Positions 28,105 through 37,284 of a DNA stretch of 64,000 nucleotides are shown here, in pieces. Numbering within the stretch: position 1 is the stretch's first letter; the number at the start of each line of letters is the position of its first letter. The notes below the pieces were generated by a model. It was not told the origin of the DNA. It searched no databases and saw only the letters and a list, made by a program, of their open reading frames with translations. This stretch comes from Patescibacteria group bacterium. GTDB lineage: Bacteria; Patescibacteriota; Patescibacteriia; UBA1558; GWA2-36-10. The position numbers and the translations under genes are program-made. The stretch is taken from contig JBAZSG010000002.1 of the NCBI GenBank assembly GCA_041662585.1, positions 81,525 to 145,524 of the forward strand, given 5' to 3'.

Positions 28105-29559
28105 CTATTTCAATTTATTATACAATTTAAGATATTCTTTAGCTGACTTGTCCCAAGAAAAATCTTGTTTCATATCAGTCTTTAACATTTTAGCAAATTT
28201 TGGCTTATTTTTATATAGTCGCAAAGACTGTTCAATGGCACTTATCATTTCCAGTTTTGTATATTTTTTGAATACTATACCTGTCTTATTATGTATTACT
28301 GTATCTTTGAGTCCACCAGTTTGTCTAACTATAGGTATAGTACCATAACGCATCGCTATCATTTGACCTAGTCCACATGGTTCAAATAAAGATGGCATCA
28401 GAAAAAAATCACTACCAGCATATATCTTTTGAGCGAGTGGCAAAGAAAAGTTAATATTAGCAGACACCTTAGTTGGATATTTTTTAACCAAGACTTTAAA
28501 AGCATCTTCAAATTCTGCTTGTCCTGTTCCCAGTACTATAAATTGAAAATTGTCCTTTTTCAGTTTTTCGCTTAAAGCTGGCAAAAGAATATCCAAGCCT
28601 TTTTGACCAACCAAACGGGACACAAGACCAAAAACTGGCACATTTTCTATAGGCAACTTAAGTAATTTTTGTAAATCTTGTTTATTGATAATTTTGGCTG
28701 GTTGCCAATTTTTTACAGAATATTTTTTCTTGATATTCTCATCTTTAGTCGGATCAAATAATTTTAAATCCAGACCATTTACAATACCAAATAAATGTTG
28801 CTTTCTTCTGTTTAAATAAAGCTCTAGTCCTGCTCCATATTCTTTGGTCAATATTTCCTTGGCATAATTGGGACTAACGGTATTGATAAAATCAGCTGAC
28901 AAAATACCTAGCTTCATAGAATTTATCTTGTCACCATCTTTGTCATAATAATCTTCCATTAAAGCTGGCGTCAAATCTTTGTGGAGTCCTGCATAATCTA
29001 AAATGTCCAAGCCAGCTATACCTTGATTGGCCAGATTATGAATAGTATATAAGCTTTTGATATTAAAAAAATTCTTATAGCTTAAACTATACTCATCAAT
29101 AAAAGTCGGCAACATCGCAGTGTGCCAATCATGAGCATGTATAATATCTATGCTCCATTTCAATTCTCGAATTACTTCTACGACAGCCTTAGAAAAAAAT
29201 GTAAATCTAAAAATATCATTTTTATCCTTGGCTTTATTTTTACCCACATAAACCGCTCCGGAAAAAAGACTATGTTTTATTAAAAAAATATCAATATTTG
29301 ATTGTGGTAATTTTGTCTTATATAAATCAAATTTATTTTTTCTACCACTAATTTCTAAACTTATATTCTTTTTAACTAAAGTACCTTTATATTTTTTATT
29401 ATTAATAACCCCATAAAATGGCATAATCATTTTTATGCTTACGCCCAATTTACTCAAAGCCTTTGGTAAAGAACCAGTGACATCTCCAAGACCACCCACT
29501 TTAACCAGAGGAGCTAGTTCGGCTGTAGCCATAAGTACTGATATTTTTTTGTTTGCCAT
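28105..29559 (-). CDS. glgA: glycogen/starch synthase (GT5)
   Basis: 484 aa. N-terminal ELAPLVKVGGLGDV motif (KxGGL), GT-B fold. Confidence 0.85.
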   Translation of the reverse strand: MANKKISVLMATAELAPLVKVGGLGDVTGSLPKALSKLGVSIKMIMPFYGVINNKKYKGTLVKKNISLEISGRKNKFDLYKTKLPQSNIDIFLIKHSLFSGAVYVGKNKAKDKNDIFRFTFFSKAVVEVIRELKWSIDIIHAHDWHTAMLPTFIDEYSLSYKNFFNIKSLYTIHNLANQGIAGLDILDYAGLHKDLTPALMEDYYDKDGDKINSMKLGILSADFINTVSPNYAKEILTKEYGAGLELYLNRRKQHLFGIVNGLDLKLFDPTKDENIKKKYSVKNWQPAKIINKQDLQKLLKLPIENVPVFGLVSRLVGQKGLDILLPALSEKLKKDNFQFIVLGTGQAEFEDAFKVLVKKYPTKVSANINFSLPLAQKIYAGSDFFLMPSLFEPCGLGQMIAMRYGTIPIVRQTGGLKDTVIHNKTGIVFKKYTKLEMISAIEQSLRLYKNKPKFAKMLKTDMKQDFSWDKSAKEYLKLYNKLK

Positions 29560-29573
29560 ATTTATTTTTATTT

Positions 29574-30716
29574 CTAACTATTTAAATGCTTGTAAGCTAC
29601 AATATATAGCGCTGCATTCCAAGACTGTCGACTCATACCATATCCTTTAAAATTTTTACCATCAAAATACTCTCTAAATTGCCAATTACCTTTATGATTT
29701 AACTCAGCTAATCTAGCCAATTCTTCTGTGGCTAATTTTTTATTTGATAAAGACAACAATACAACCCAAAAACCACCTATAAAAGACCAAATAGCGCCAT
29801 TGTGATATTTATATGGTTTATTTATGCCTGAGTGTCTATTCATATATTCTCGCCACAACTTGTCGTTTATTTTGATAGCCTTTAATACAGTTTTTATGGG
29901 CCATGGTTTATTTGCTTTTTTAGAGATAAAATATTTTATAATATTTTTTGTTTTTTTATCATCGGCTAGACCTACTAAACATGCCAAAATATTTCCCAAA
30001 ACATCTACCTCATAACCAGCAAAAGAATAATTTACAAAACTCAAATAACTAGGATTGTTTTTTTCTGCTTTAATAAAAGACTTTAGTATTTTTATCCTAT
30101 GTTCTGTACTTACTGCTTTAGGGTTAAATATATAATTAAAATATTTTTTGGTTAATTTTATATTTTCCAGATTATACAATTTTTTGACCCAATACCATAG
30201 AGCATTACTATATAATACAAAACCTGATCTAGGCATAAGATCAGCCCAATCACTAGCTTCATTTTGTTGAACTAAATAAAATTTGGGATGCTCTTGGCAT
30301 TTTAACCAATTAATAGCCAAATTGATTTGTCTACTAAATTTTTTACTTAGCTTGGCTCCTGTATTTTGATCATAAAATTTTATGGCTATTAGCCACCATA
30401 AAGTAGAATCAATACAACCTAAATAATAAAAATCTGATTGTTTTGTTTTTGGTTTAACCAAAAATGGTATTTGTCCATTTTTACTTTGATGCTTTACTAA
30501 AGTCTCTAAACTGAGACGAGCTGATACTTGTAGAGTTTTGTCTCCACTTAATACCATACCCATAGAACAAATTGAAGCGTCTCGACCAAAAATGCTAAGA
30601 TAATTTCTGTCTTTAGCCTGTTTACTAATTCCACTGGCAAACACTCCAAATTTATTAGAGTTTTCTTTTAATACTTTGATTGACTCTCTATAACAATCTA
30701 CTGTATAATCTTTCAT
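29574..30716 (-). CDS. six-hairpin glycosidase, amylo-alpha-1,6-glucosidase C-domain (GDE_C)/GH63-like
   Basis: 380 aa. FGRDASI, YHNGAIWSF and QSWNAA motifs typical of the (alpha/alpha)6-barrel GDE_C, GH63 and neutral-invertase clan. Confidence 0.45.
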   Translation of the reverse strand: MKDYTVDCYRESIKVLKENSNKFGVFASGISKQAKDRNYLSIFGRDASICSMGMVLSGDKTLQVSARLSLETLVKHQSKNGQIPFLVKPKTKQSDFYYLGCIDSTLWWLIAIKFYDQNTGAKLSKKFSRQINLAINWLKCQEHPKFYLVQQNEASDWADLMPRSGFVLYSNALWYWVKKLYNLENIKLTKKYFNYIFNPKAVSTEHRIKILKSFIKAEKNNPSYLSFVNYSFAGYEVDVLGNILACLVGLADDKKTKNIIKYFISKKANKPWPIKTVLKAIKINDKLWREYMNRHSGINKPYKYHNGAIWSFIGGFWVVLLSLSNKKLATEELARLAELNHKGNWQFREYFDGKNFKGYGMSRQSWNAALYIVAYKHLNS

Positions 30717-30722
30717 AAAATA

Positions 30723-31568
30723 TTATTTACTAATAAAAGCAGCTGCTATTATAGCTGCATTTTTTAATTTTGATACTTTGATTATGGGTAGTTTAAACAA
30801 TGGCTTGTGCTGTAATTCTTTGTTCATCGTCTGGGCAAAAAATTTATAAGCTTTAGCTATTTGACCACCCAAGACTATGATCTCTGGGTCATAAGCCTTA
30901 ACTACACCTATTAAACCAAAACCTAAATATCGGCCAAACTCAGTCCAAACTTGTAAAGCTTTTTTATTGCCTTGACTGGCTAAAATATAAAGATCTTGAC
31001 CATTTTCGGCAGCTAATTTGTATTTTTTAGCTAAACGTTTTAAAGACCTAGATCCAGCATATTCTTCAAAACAGCCTCTATTGCCACAAACACACTTGGG
31101 ACCATTAAAATTCAAAGAAACATGTCCAAATTCAGAAGCCTTACCACGACCATTAAATATTTGTTTATCGTCTACTACTCCACAACCAATACCCGTACCC
31201 AAAGTAATACCCACTACTGTTTTATATTTCTTGCCTTGACCTATCAATGCTTCAGCTAATGTAAATAAATTGGCATCATTTTCTGAGTAAATAGGAAATT
31301 TGTATTTTTTAGAAATAATTTTAGTAATTTCTTCCAAAGTAAGAGGCATATTGGCTGGACTGGGCCAAGCCAAGCATATTCCTAAACAACTAATATTGGC
31401 TTTCAAAAGACTATCCAAAACTAACAAAGTGTTTTGAGCAATTTGTTTTTTACCAAGTTTTACTTGAGCAGGATGAGATACCAGTTTTAAAATCTTACCT
31501 TGTTTAGATACCAATCCAGCAGCAATATTGGTACCACCAACATCAAAACCTATAAACGCTTTGGTCAT
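30723..31568 (-). CDS. ROK-family glucokinase
   Basis: 281 aa. FDVGGTNIAAGLV N-terminus and the CxCGxxGCxE zinc motif (CVCGNRGCFEEY). Confidence 0.7.
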   Translation of the reverse strand: MTKAFIGFDVGGTNIAAGLVSKQGKILKLVSHPAQVKLGKKQIAQNTLLVLDSLLKANISCLGICLAWPSPANMPLTLEEITKIISKKYKFPIYSENDANLFTLAEALIGQGKKYKTVVGITLGTGIGCGVVDDKQIFNGRGKASEFGHVSLNFNGPKCVCGNRGCFEEYAGSRSLKRLAKKYKLAAENGQDLYILASQGNKKALQVWTEFGRYLGFGLIGVVKAYDPEIIVLGGQIAKAYKFFAQTMNKELQHKPLFKLPIIKVSKLKNAAIIAAAFISK

Positions 31569-31574
31569 AAAAAA

Positions 31575-32165
31575 TTATTTTTCTCTTAAAAACTCTAAAA
31601 TTTTGTCTACTAAAGACGGATTTGGTAGTTTGGAAGAATTGATTATCAAATAATCCAATTTACTTTTTTTAATTAGTTCTAAATACAAATGTTGTTGAGC
31701 TATATAATCAATTGGACTTTGAGCGATACGACTATAGTGAGGATAAAGCTCTAGCCTGTCTTTAAGTCTTTTGATTAACAGCTCTTCGTCTTCGTCAAAA
31801 ATAAGTAATATTAGCTTGGTATTTATTTTGAGTAATCTCTGCTCAATAGCATAAAAATCAAAATTTTGGTTATTGTATAATTTTTGATAAACGGCTTCCG
31901 TCAAATGAAATTTTTCTGCCATGACATTGGTGTCGTTTATCTCCTCAAAAAGCTCTAAATATTTATTCAGAGTTATTTCTCCAAATTTAGTACCAAAAAT
32001 CCCAAGGTCACAATTAAACCAATGACAACCATCCATTACTTTGCCACCACTATTATACTTTGCCTCTAAATAATTATATATCTGGCTCATTAAATAGCTT
32101 TTGCCAGATAATTCTGCTCCTTCAAAAATAATATTATGTTTAGGATTCTTCATACTAATTAACAT
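31575..32165 (-). CDS. P-loop NTPase, (deoxy)nucleoside/NMP-kinase-like hypothetical
   Basis: 196 aa. Walker A-like GAELSGKS. Otherwise unassigned. Confidence 0.3.
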   Translation of the reverse strand: MLISMKNPKHNIIFEGAELSGKSYLMSQIYNYLEAKYNSGGKVMDGCHWFNCDLGIFGTKFGEITLNKYLELFEEINDTNVMAEKFHLTEAVYQKLYNNQNFDFYAIEQRLLKINTKLILLIFDEDEELLIKRLKDRLELYPHYSRIAQSPIDYIAQQHLYLELIKKSKLDYLIINSSKLPNPSLVDKILEFLREK

Positions 32166-33222
32166 TAATGGACCTCTTGCTATTTTTGGCTAAATTTAAA
32201 TATTCAATGGCATCTTGTAATAAATCATCAATAGGATTTACTACATCTTTCATATAAAACAAAAACACAGCACTACGCATAGCTGTCCAAGATTGATAGA
32301 TATTTATACGATTGATGTATTCTATATTAATGTCTTCAAGATCCTGTTTGAAATAAATCTCAACAAAATCTTTTTTGTGCTGATTTATCTCTTTTCTAGA
32401 CACAAAATTATGCCCCATAAAATCAAGCTGTTGAATAAAAGTACCAATGTCCATCATTGGATCACCAGTGGCAATATCTGTAAAATCAATCATTTCAATT
32501 TCTCTAGCCTCCAAGTTTTTGATGATAATATTTTCTGGATGAAAATCACCATAAATTAAGGTCCGGCTGATTTTTTTTCTATATTTATTGTCCAAAGTGT
32601 GTAAATCTGTTACTAATTGCTCAATATTTTTGCCCAATTTATTGCTGTTATTATAAAAATCTTTAATAAATTTTTTGGGTGCTGGAACCATAGCCAAAAT
32701 ATCAAAAACCGGCCACTTAAAATCAAGTTGCCCCAGATCTAGACTGTGTAATTTTTTTATCCACCCAGTGATAAGCCTCATAGATTTTTTTAAATCAGCT
32801 GAAATATCTTGAGTAAAAAAACTAAAAAAACTAGCTCCCGGTGAAGAAACATAAAAAAAAGCTTTTTGCCCTGCCAAAAAGAAAAGTGGTTTGGTTACTC
32901 TGTATTTACCAGTATCAAAACCGTGCTTATATAATGTTCTGGTTTTTTGATAAGCTTCTTTTCTTGACCCATCAGAATGAGCTGATACAAAAATATCTAT
33001 ATCTTTGATGCTACCATCTTTGCTGATATATTTTATTTTATATTCTACAACAAATACCGCACTAGTAATACCCAAATGTTTTTTAAATGGAGTTAAGCTT
33101 AAGCTTTTTATTTTTTTAAAATCTTTATAGTGTTTTGGTAAACGCTCGTTTAAAATTTTTATAACAAAATCTTTAATTACCAATTTGGCCATTTGTTGTT
33201 TTGTTTTTTCTGACAATTTCAT
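32155..33222 (-). CDS. APH/choline-kinase-fold phosphotransferase (anomeric sugar 1-kinase-like, NahK/AmgK-like; tentative)
   Basis: 355 aa. Brenner motif YGDFHPENIII and DFTDIATGDPMMDIG (DxxxxN / D-x-D of protein-kinase-like fold). Size matches NahK/AmgK-type sugar anomeric kinases. Confidence 0.45.
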   Translation of the reverse strand: MKLSEKTKQQMAKLVIKDFVIKILNERLPKHYKDFKKIKSLSLTPFKKHLGITSAVFVVEYKIKYISKDGSIKDIDIFVSAHSDGSRKEAYQKTRTLYKHGFDTGKYRVTKPLFFLAGQKAFFYVSSPGASFFSFFTQDISADLKKSMRLITGWIKKLHSLDLGQLDFKWPVFDILAMVPAPKKFIKDFYNNSNKLGKNIEQLVTDLHTLDNKYRKKISRTLIYGDFHPENIIIKNLEAREIEMIDFTDIATGDPMMDIGTFIQQLDFMGHNFVSRKEINQHKKDFVEIYFKQDLEDINIEYINRINIYQSWTAMRSAVFLFYMKDVVNPIDDLLQDAIEYLNLAKNSKRSINVN

Positions 33223-33228
33223 AAATAA

Positions 33229-34383
33229 TTATTTACTATATTTGTTCCAATGACTAAACCAAGTACTTTTCTTAATATCAATATATATTTTTTCTGCTTT
33301 TATTTTTTCTTGCTTATTGGCTAAAGCTAAAGACCTGATAGACTTAATCAACTCTTCTGACCCATTGTCTATCATGTCTGGATTCCAGGTCAATGGAGAA
33401 AAATCTGATGGCTTTCTAGCGCTAGCCCACCAAAAAGTACAAGAAGACAAGGCTCTGTCTAAATGTGTCCTAGCCCAATGCCAATTTTTATCTTGCTTAT
33501 ATTTATCTATTAAACTAATTGCTAAAAAAACCAATCTCCAAAGTAAACTATGTATTTTATTTTTTGGATGACTCCAAAGAGCAAAAGGAATACTATTTTT
33601 TAATTCAGAATCCAAGCTCTCCCAAGACGCTGCTCTTAAATTTATTTTTTGCTCGTTTTTGGAGTTTTTAAGATATTCTGAAACTGTTTGAACTGTTAAA
33701 TTCTTGTTTTGTAATATTTTTTCTAAATGCCCCTGCCAGTCTTTATGAAAGTGTCCATATATTTCACCGTCCGTACCAGTAATTATTGTCTGACTAGGTT
33801 CGTTTTTCTCAATTTTATTAAAAATCACTTCTGGTGGATATGATTTTGAAATAGCTCTGTTTCTAAATACTATCTTTAATTTGGTTTTTTTGTGAATATA
33901 AAAAGTATCTTCATTATATTTTCCGGTGTAAGCTATCGGATCTAAAATAATCCATTCAAATTTCATTTTCCTCACAATATCAGCCACTTGATTTGAATAA
34001 GCCATCTCTGGCATATAAAATCCTTTTATTTTATCTAGTTTAAAATATTGTGCCAAAGTTTCTTGATTTAGGTTTATTTGTCTTGTTATTTCTTTACTAG
34101 GAAGTAGTGGAAGCAAAGCATGATATTTGGAACTAGCGCTAAGCTCTATCTGCCCTTTAGAAACAACTTTTTGTAATCTAGTTAATAAATCTGGACGATA
34201 GTCATTTAATTGTTCAACTAAATTGGCCGTAATATTTAAGCTCGCTTTAAAATTGGGATATTTTTCAAACAAAGTTAATAAATACTCATAGCTCTCACTA
34301 GAAATCTGTTCAATCACACCTTTGTCTTGCCAAGGTGGTTGATAAATATGAATAAAATTTACCCAAGTTATTTTATTTGCCAT
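33229..34383 (-). CDS. glycoside hydrolase family 57 protein
   Basis: 384 aa. VNFIHIYQP (GH57 H-Q-P region), YMPEMAYS (WLPExAY nucleophile region), ITGTDGEIYGHFH (acid/base Asp region). Confidence 0.55.
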   Translation of the reverse strand: MANKITWVNFIHIYQPPWQDKGVIEQISSESYEYLLTLFEKYPNFKASLNITANLVEQLNDYRPDLLTRLQKVVSKGQIELSASSKYHALLPLLPSKEITRQINLNQETLAQYFKLDKIKGFYMPEMAYSNQVADIVRKMKFEWIILDPIAYTGKYNEDTFYIHKKTKLKIVFRNRAISKSYPPEVIFNKIEKNEPSQTIITGTDGEIYGHFHKDWQGHLEKILQNKNLTVQTVSEYLKNSKNEQKINLRAASWESLDSELKNSIPFALWSHPKNKIHSLLWRLVFLAISLIDKYKQDKNWHWARTHLDRALSSCTFWWASARKPSDFSPLTWNPDMIDNGSEELIKSIRSLALANKQEKIKAEKIYIDIKKSTWFSHWNKYSK

Positions 34384-35848
34384 TATCTTTTTTAAATTTT
34401 ATTGCTTTTTTATATAATTCTATATATCTTTGAGCTGGAAGGTCCCAAGAAAATGAAGTCTTCATACCTTCCCTGACCAAACGTTTCCAAGTTGGTCTAT
34501 ATTTATATGTTTCCAGCGCTCTAGTAACAGCGACTAACAATTCTTTGGCATTGTAATGTTTAAAGGTAAAACCGTTTCCATTATTGGTTTCTGGATCAAA
34601 ATTTACTACTGTATCTGACAAACCTCCAATACTACGCACTATTGGTACACAACCATAACGAAAGCTGATTAACTGATTTATACCACATGGCTCAAAACGA
34701 GATGGTAGTAAAAACATATCAGCGCCAGCATAAACAGATGTTTCCATTTTGCGATCAAAAACTACAAAACGCAACTTTTCTGGAAATTTCTTTTGAATTT
34801 TTTTAAGTTTCTTAATATATTCTTTATCACCATCTCCCATGATTATAACCTGTACATCTCTAAGCAATAAAGTTGGTAATATATCTAGTGTCAAATCCAA
34901 GCCTTTTTGTTCGGCGATTCTAGAAGTAAGTCCAATCAAAGGAGTTCTGTCATTTGAAGGTAATTTATAAAACTTTTGTAAGTATCGTTTATTAAGTAAT
35001 TTTCTATGTAATTTGTCTAAAGTATAATTCTGATGTAAACCTCTATCGGTTTTTGGATTATATTTTTTATAATCAATGCCATTCACCACCCCAAATAACT
35101 TGTGTTTACGATTGACTAATATACGATGTAAATCTTGCCCAAAATCCTTTTCCATTATTTCTTCGGCGTAGGTTTCTGATACTGTGTTTATAATATCTGC
35201 TTCCAAAATTCCCCGTTTGGCAAAATTTAGATATTCAATATCTGGATCAGAAAAAGATAGCAAGGCTTTTGTGCCGTTATCTTTTTTCTTAGCTGGTATT
35301 TCCCACCAAGGCCTGCCCATTTGATAAATTAAATTATGAATAGTATATACAGTAGCTGCTTTACTTAAAGTCTCGCTGTTTTTAAAACGAGTTTTTTTGA
35401 GATGAGGTATAAGACCCGTGTGCCAATCATGACAATGTATAATATCGGCATTAAATTTTAATAATGATACCAATTTTAAAGCAGCCACAGAAAACATATA
35501 AAAACGAGCGTTTTCATGATTTGATCCGTAGATACTTTTACGACGAGAAAAATATTTATCATTGTGTACAAAATAAATTGATAAACCAGGCACCATCTCT
35601 GTCCGATAATAAGCTACCTTAACTTCATTATCTTTATCAATATGTAAAGAAACATCACTATATATTTTTTCTAGCTTATGAATATCTGTATTAATAATCT
35701 TTTGATAATATGGTGTGATAATAATCACATCGTGTCCCAACCTAAAAAGAGACTTAGGCAAAGAACGAGCCACGTCTCCTAGACCACCGGTTTTTGAATA
35801 TGGCTCAACCTCTGAAGCGATTGATACAATTTTAAATTTCTTTTTCAT
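34373..35848 (-). CDS. glycogen/starch synthase paralog (GT5/GT4)
   Basis: 491 aa. SEVEPYSKTGGLGDV N-terminal motif, same architecture as the 28105-29559 gene. Confidence 0.8.
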   Translation of the reverse strand: MKKKFKIVSIASEVEPYSKTGGLGDVARSLPKSLFRLGHDVIIITPYYQKIINTDIHKLEKIYSDVSLHIDKDNEVKVAYYRTEMVPGLSIYFVHNDKYFSRRKSIYGSNHENARFYMFSVAALKLVSLLKFNADIIHCHDWHTGLIPHLKKTRFKNSETLSKAATVYTIHNLIYQMGRPWWEIPAKKKDNGTKALLSFSDPDIEYLNFAKRGILEADIINTVSETYAEEIMEKDFGQDLHRILVNRKHKLFGVVNGIDYKKYNPKTDRGLHQNYTLDKLHRKLLNKRYLQKFYKLPSNDRTPLIGLTSRIAEQKGLDLTLDILPTLLLRDVQVIIMGDGDKEYIKKLKKIQKKFPEKLRFVVFDRKMETSVYAGADMFLLPSRFEPCGINQLISFRYGCVPIVRSIGGLSDTVVNFDPETNNGNGFTFKHYNAKELLVAVTRALETYKYRPTWKRLVREGMKTSFSWDLPAQRYIELYKKAIKFKKDNGK

Positions 35849-35856
35849 CTTATTGA

Positions 35857-36351
35857 TTAAGCTAATTCTTTATTAAAAAATGAAGCTGTAATGGCTACTG
35901 CCAAAGCGTCAGCAGCATCATCTGGTTTTGGTACAGCCTTTAGCTTTAAAATAGTTTTAACCATTAGTCCTACTTGTGTTTTATTGGCCTGACCATTGGC
36001 ACAAACTGTTTGCTTGACCTGTAAAGGAGTAAACTCCCATACTTCTTTTTTATTTTGAGCAATAGCTAAAAGAACAACGCCCCTTGCCTGTCCTACATCT
36101 AGAGCTGTTTTTACATTTTTAGCAAAATACAATTTTTCTACAGCTACAATATCTGGATTATATTTTTTGATTAAACTATTTACTTCTTTATATATAATTT
36201 GTAAACGTTTAGAAAAATCTAATTTTTTTGAAGTTTGTATACTACCAGTATTTAAATATCTGATGATACTAGTATTTTTTTCTATAACTCCCCAACCAGT
36301 ATCAGCAAATCCCGGATCAAGGCCCAATATAATTTTGTTTATTTTTGACAT
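35857..36351 (-). CDS. ruvC: crossover junction endodeoxyribonuclease RuvC
   Basis: 164 aa. ILGLDPGFADTGWGVIE... RNase H-like fold with catalytic acidic residues. Confidence 0.85.
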   Translation of the reverse strand: MSKINKIILGLDPGFADTGWGVIEKNTSIIRYLNTGSIQTSKKLDFSKRLQIIYKEVNSLIKKYNPDIVAVEKLYFAKNVKTALDVGQARGVVLLAIAQNKKEVWEFTPLQVKQTVCANGQANKTQVGLMVKTILKLKAVPKPDDAADALAVAITASFFNKELA

Positions 36352-37076
36352 TAAATATCCGTATTAGTATAAATATTGTTTACATCATCGTCATCATCTA
36401 AAGCATCCATAAGTTTTAAAAGTTGTTCTTCTTTACTAATAACTACTTTTTCTTTTGGTCTATATACAATTTCAGATGACTCTATAGCAAAATTGAGTTC
36501 TTGTAATTTATTTTTTACTACCTCCAAATCATCCAAATTGATAATAACTTTTATTTTTTCATCATCATTATCAATGTCTTCGGCTCCAGCTTCAATGATT
36601 TGCAATTCTTCTTCCTCACTTAGACTTGTTTTATTTAAAATAATTTGCCCTTTGGTCTCAAACATCCACTGAACACTGCCATCGGCTCCTAAATTGCCTC
36701 CGTGTTTACTCAAAATGTGTTTAAGGTTGGAAACGCTTCTGTTTTTATTGTCAGTTAAAACCTCAATAATCAAAGCTACTCCACCCGGACCATAAGCTTC
36801 ATAAATATAGCTTTCTATTCTAGCTCCATCATCATCGCCACTGCCCTTTTTAACAGCCCTATCTATGTTATCTTTGGGCATAGAAAAAGCCTTGGCCTTT
36901 TCTATGGCCATTCTTAATTTAAAATTCATATCTGGATCAGCGCCATCACGTGCTGCCACACTGATAATCTTTGATAACTTGGTAAATAAACTACTACGTT
37001 TAGCGTCTTTGCCTTCTTTGGCACGTTTGGTTGTCGCCCATTTACTATGTCCACTCATAATATATATTTTAATCAA
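36351..37076 (-). CDS. yebC: YebC/PmpR family DNA-binding transcriptional regulator
   Basis: 241 aa. MSGHSKWATTKRAK N-terminus. Confidence 0.9.
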   Translation of the reverse strand: MIKIYIMSGHSKWATTKRAKEGKDAKRSSLFTKLSKIISVAARDGADPDMNFKLRMAIEKAKAFSMPKDNIDRAVKKGSGDDDGARIESYIYEAYGPGGVALIIEVLTDNKNRSVSNLKHILSKHGGNLGADGSVQWMFETKGQIILNKTSLSEEEELQIIEAGAEDIDNDDEKIKVIINLDDLEVVKNKLQELNFAIESSEIVYRPKEKVVISKEEQLLKLMDALDDDDDVNNIYTNTDI

Positions 37077-37208
37077 TTTCTTACATTATCTTATCAATAA
37101 TAAGGTAAAAAATCAATATTAAAAGGCCATTGAAATTACAACTTAGATATCCACTTGACTGATGAAAGTTTAAATAATAAGATACAGATATTAATCATTT
37201 CTCATAAA

Positions 37209-37239
37209 TCTCCGCATCCGTGCCTGGCGGAGATTTTTT
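37209..37239 (+). terminator. hairpin TCTCCGC-(11 nt)-GCGGAGA followed by TTTTTT, about 50 nt downstream of a TTGACT-17-TAAGAT promoter-like element (37155-37183)
   Basis: Read directly. Lies in the intergenic region upstream of the 37285 gene and may delimit a tiny transcript or attenuator. Confidence 0.4.
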
Positions 37240-37284
37240 ATTACTTTACTTTATTATTGTCTCTCTTTTTGATAAACTAAGGTT

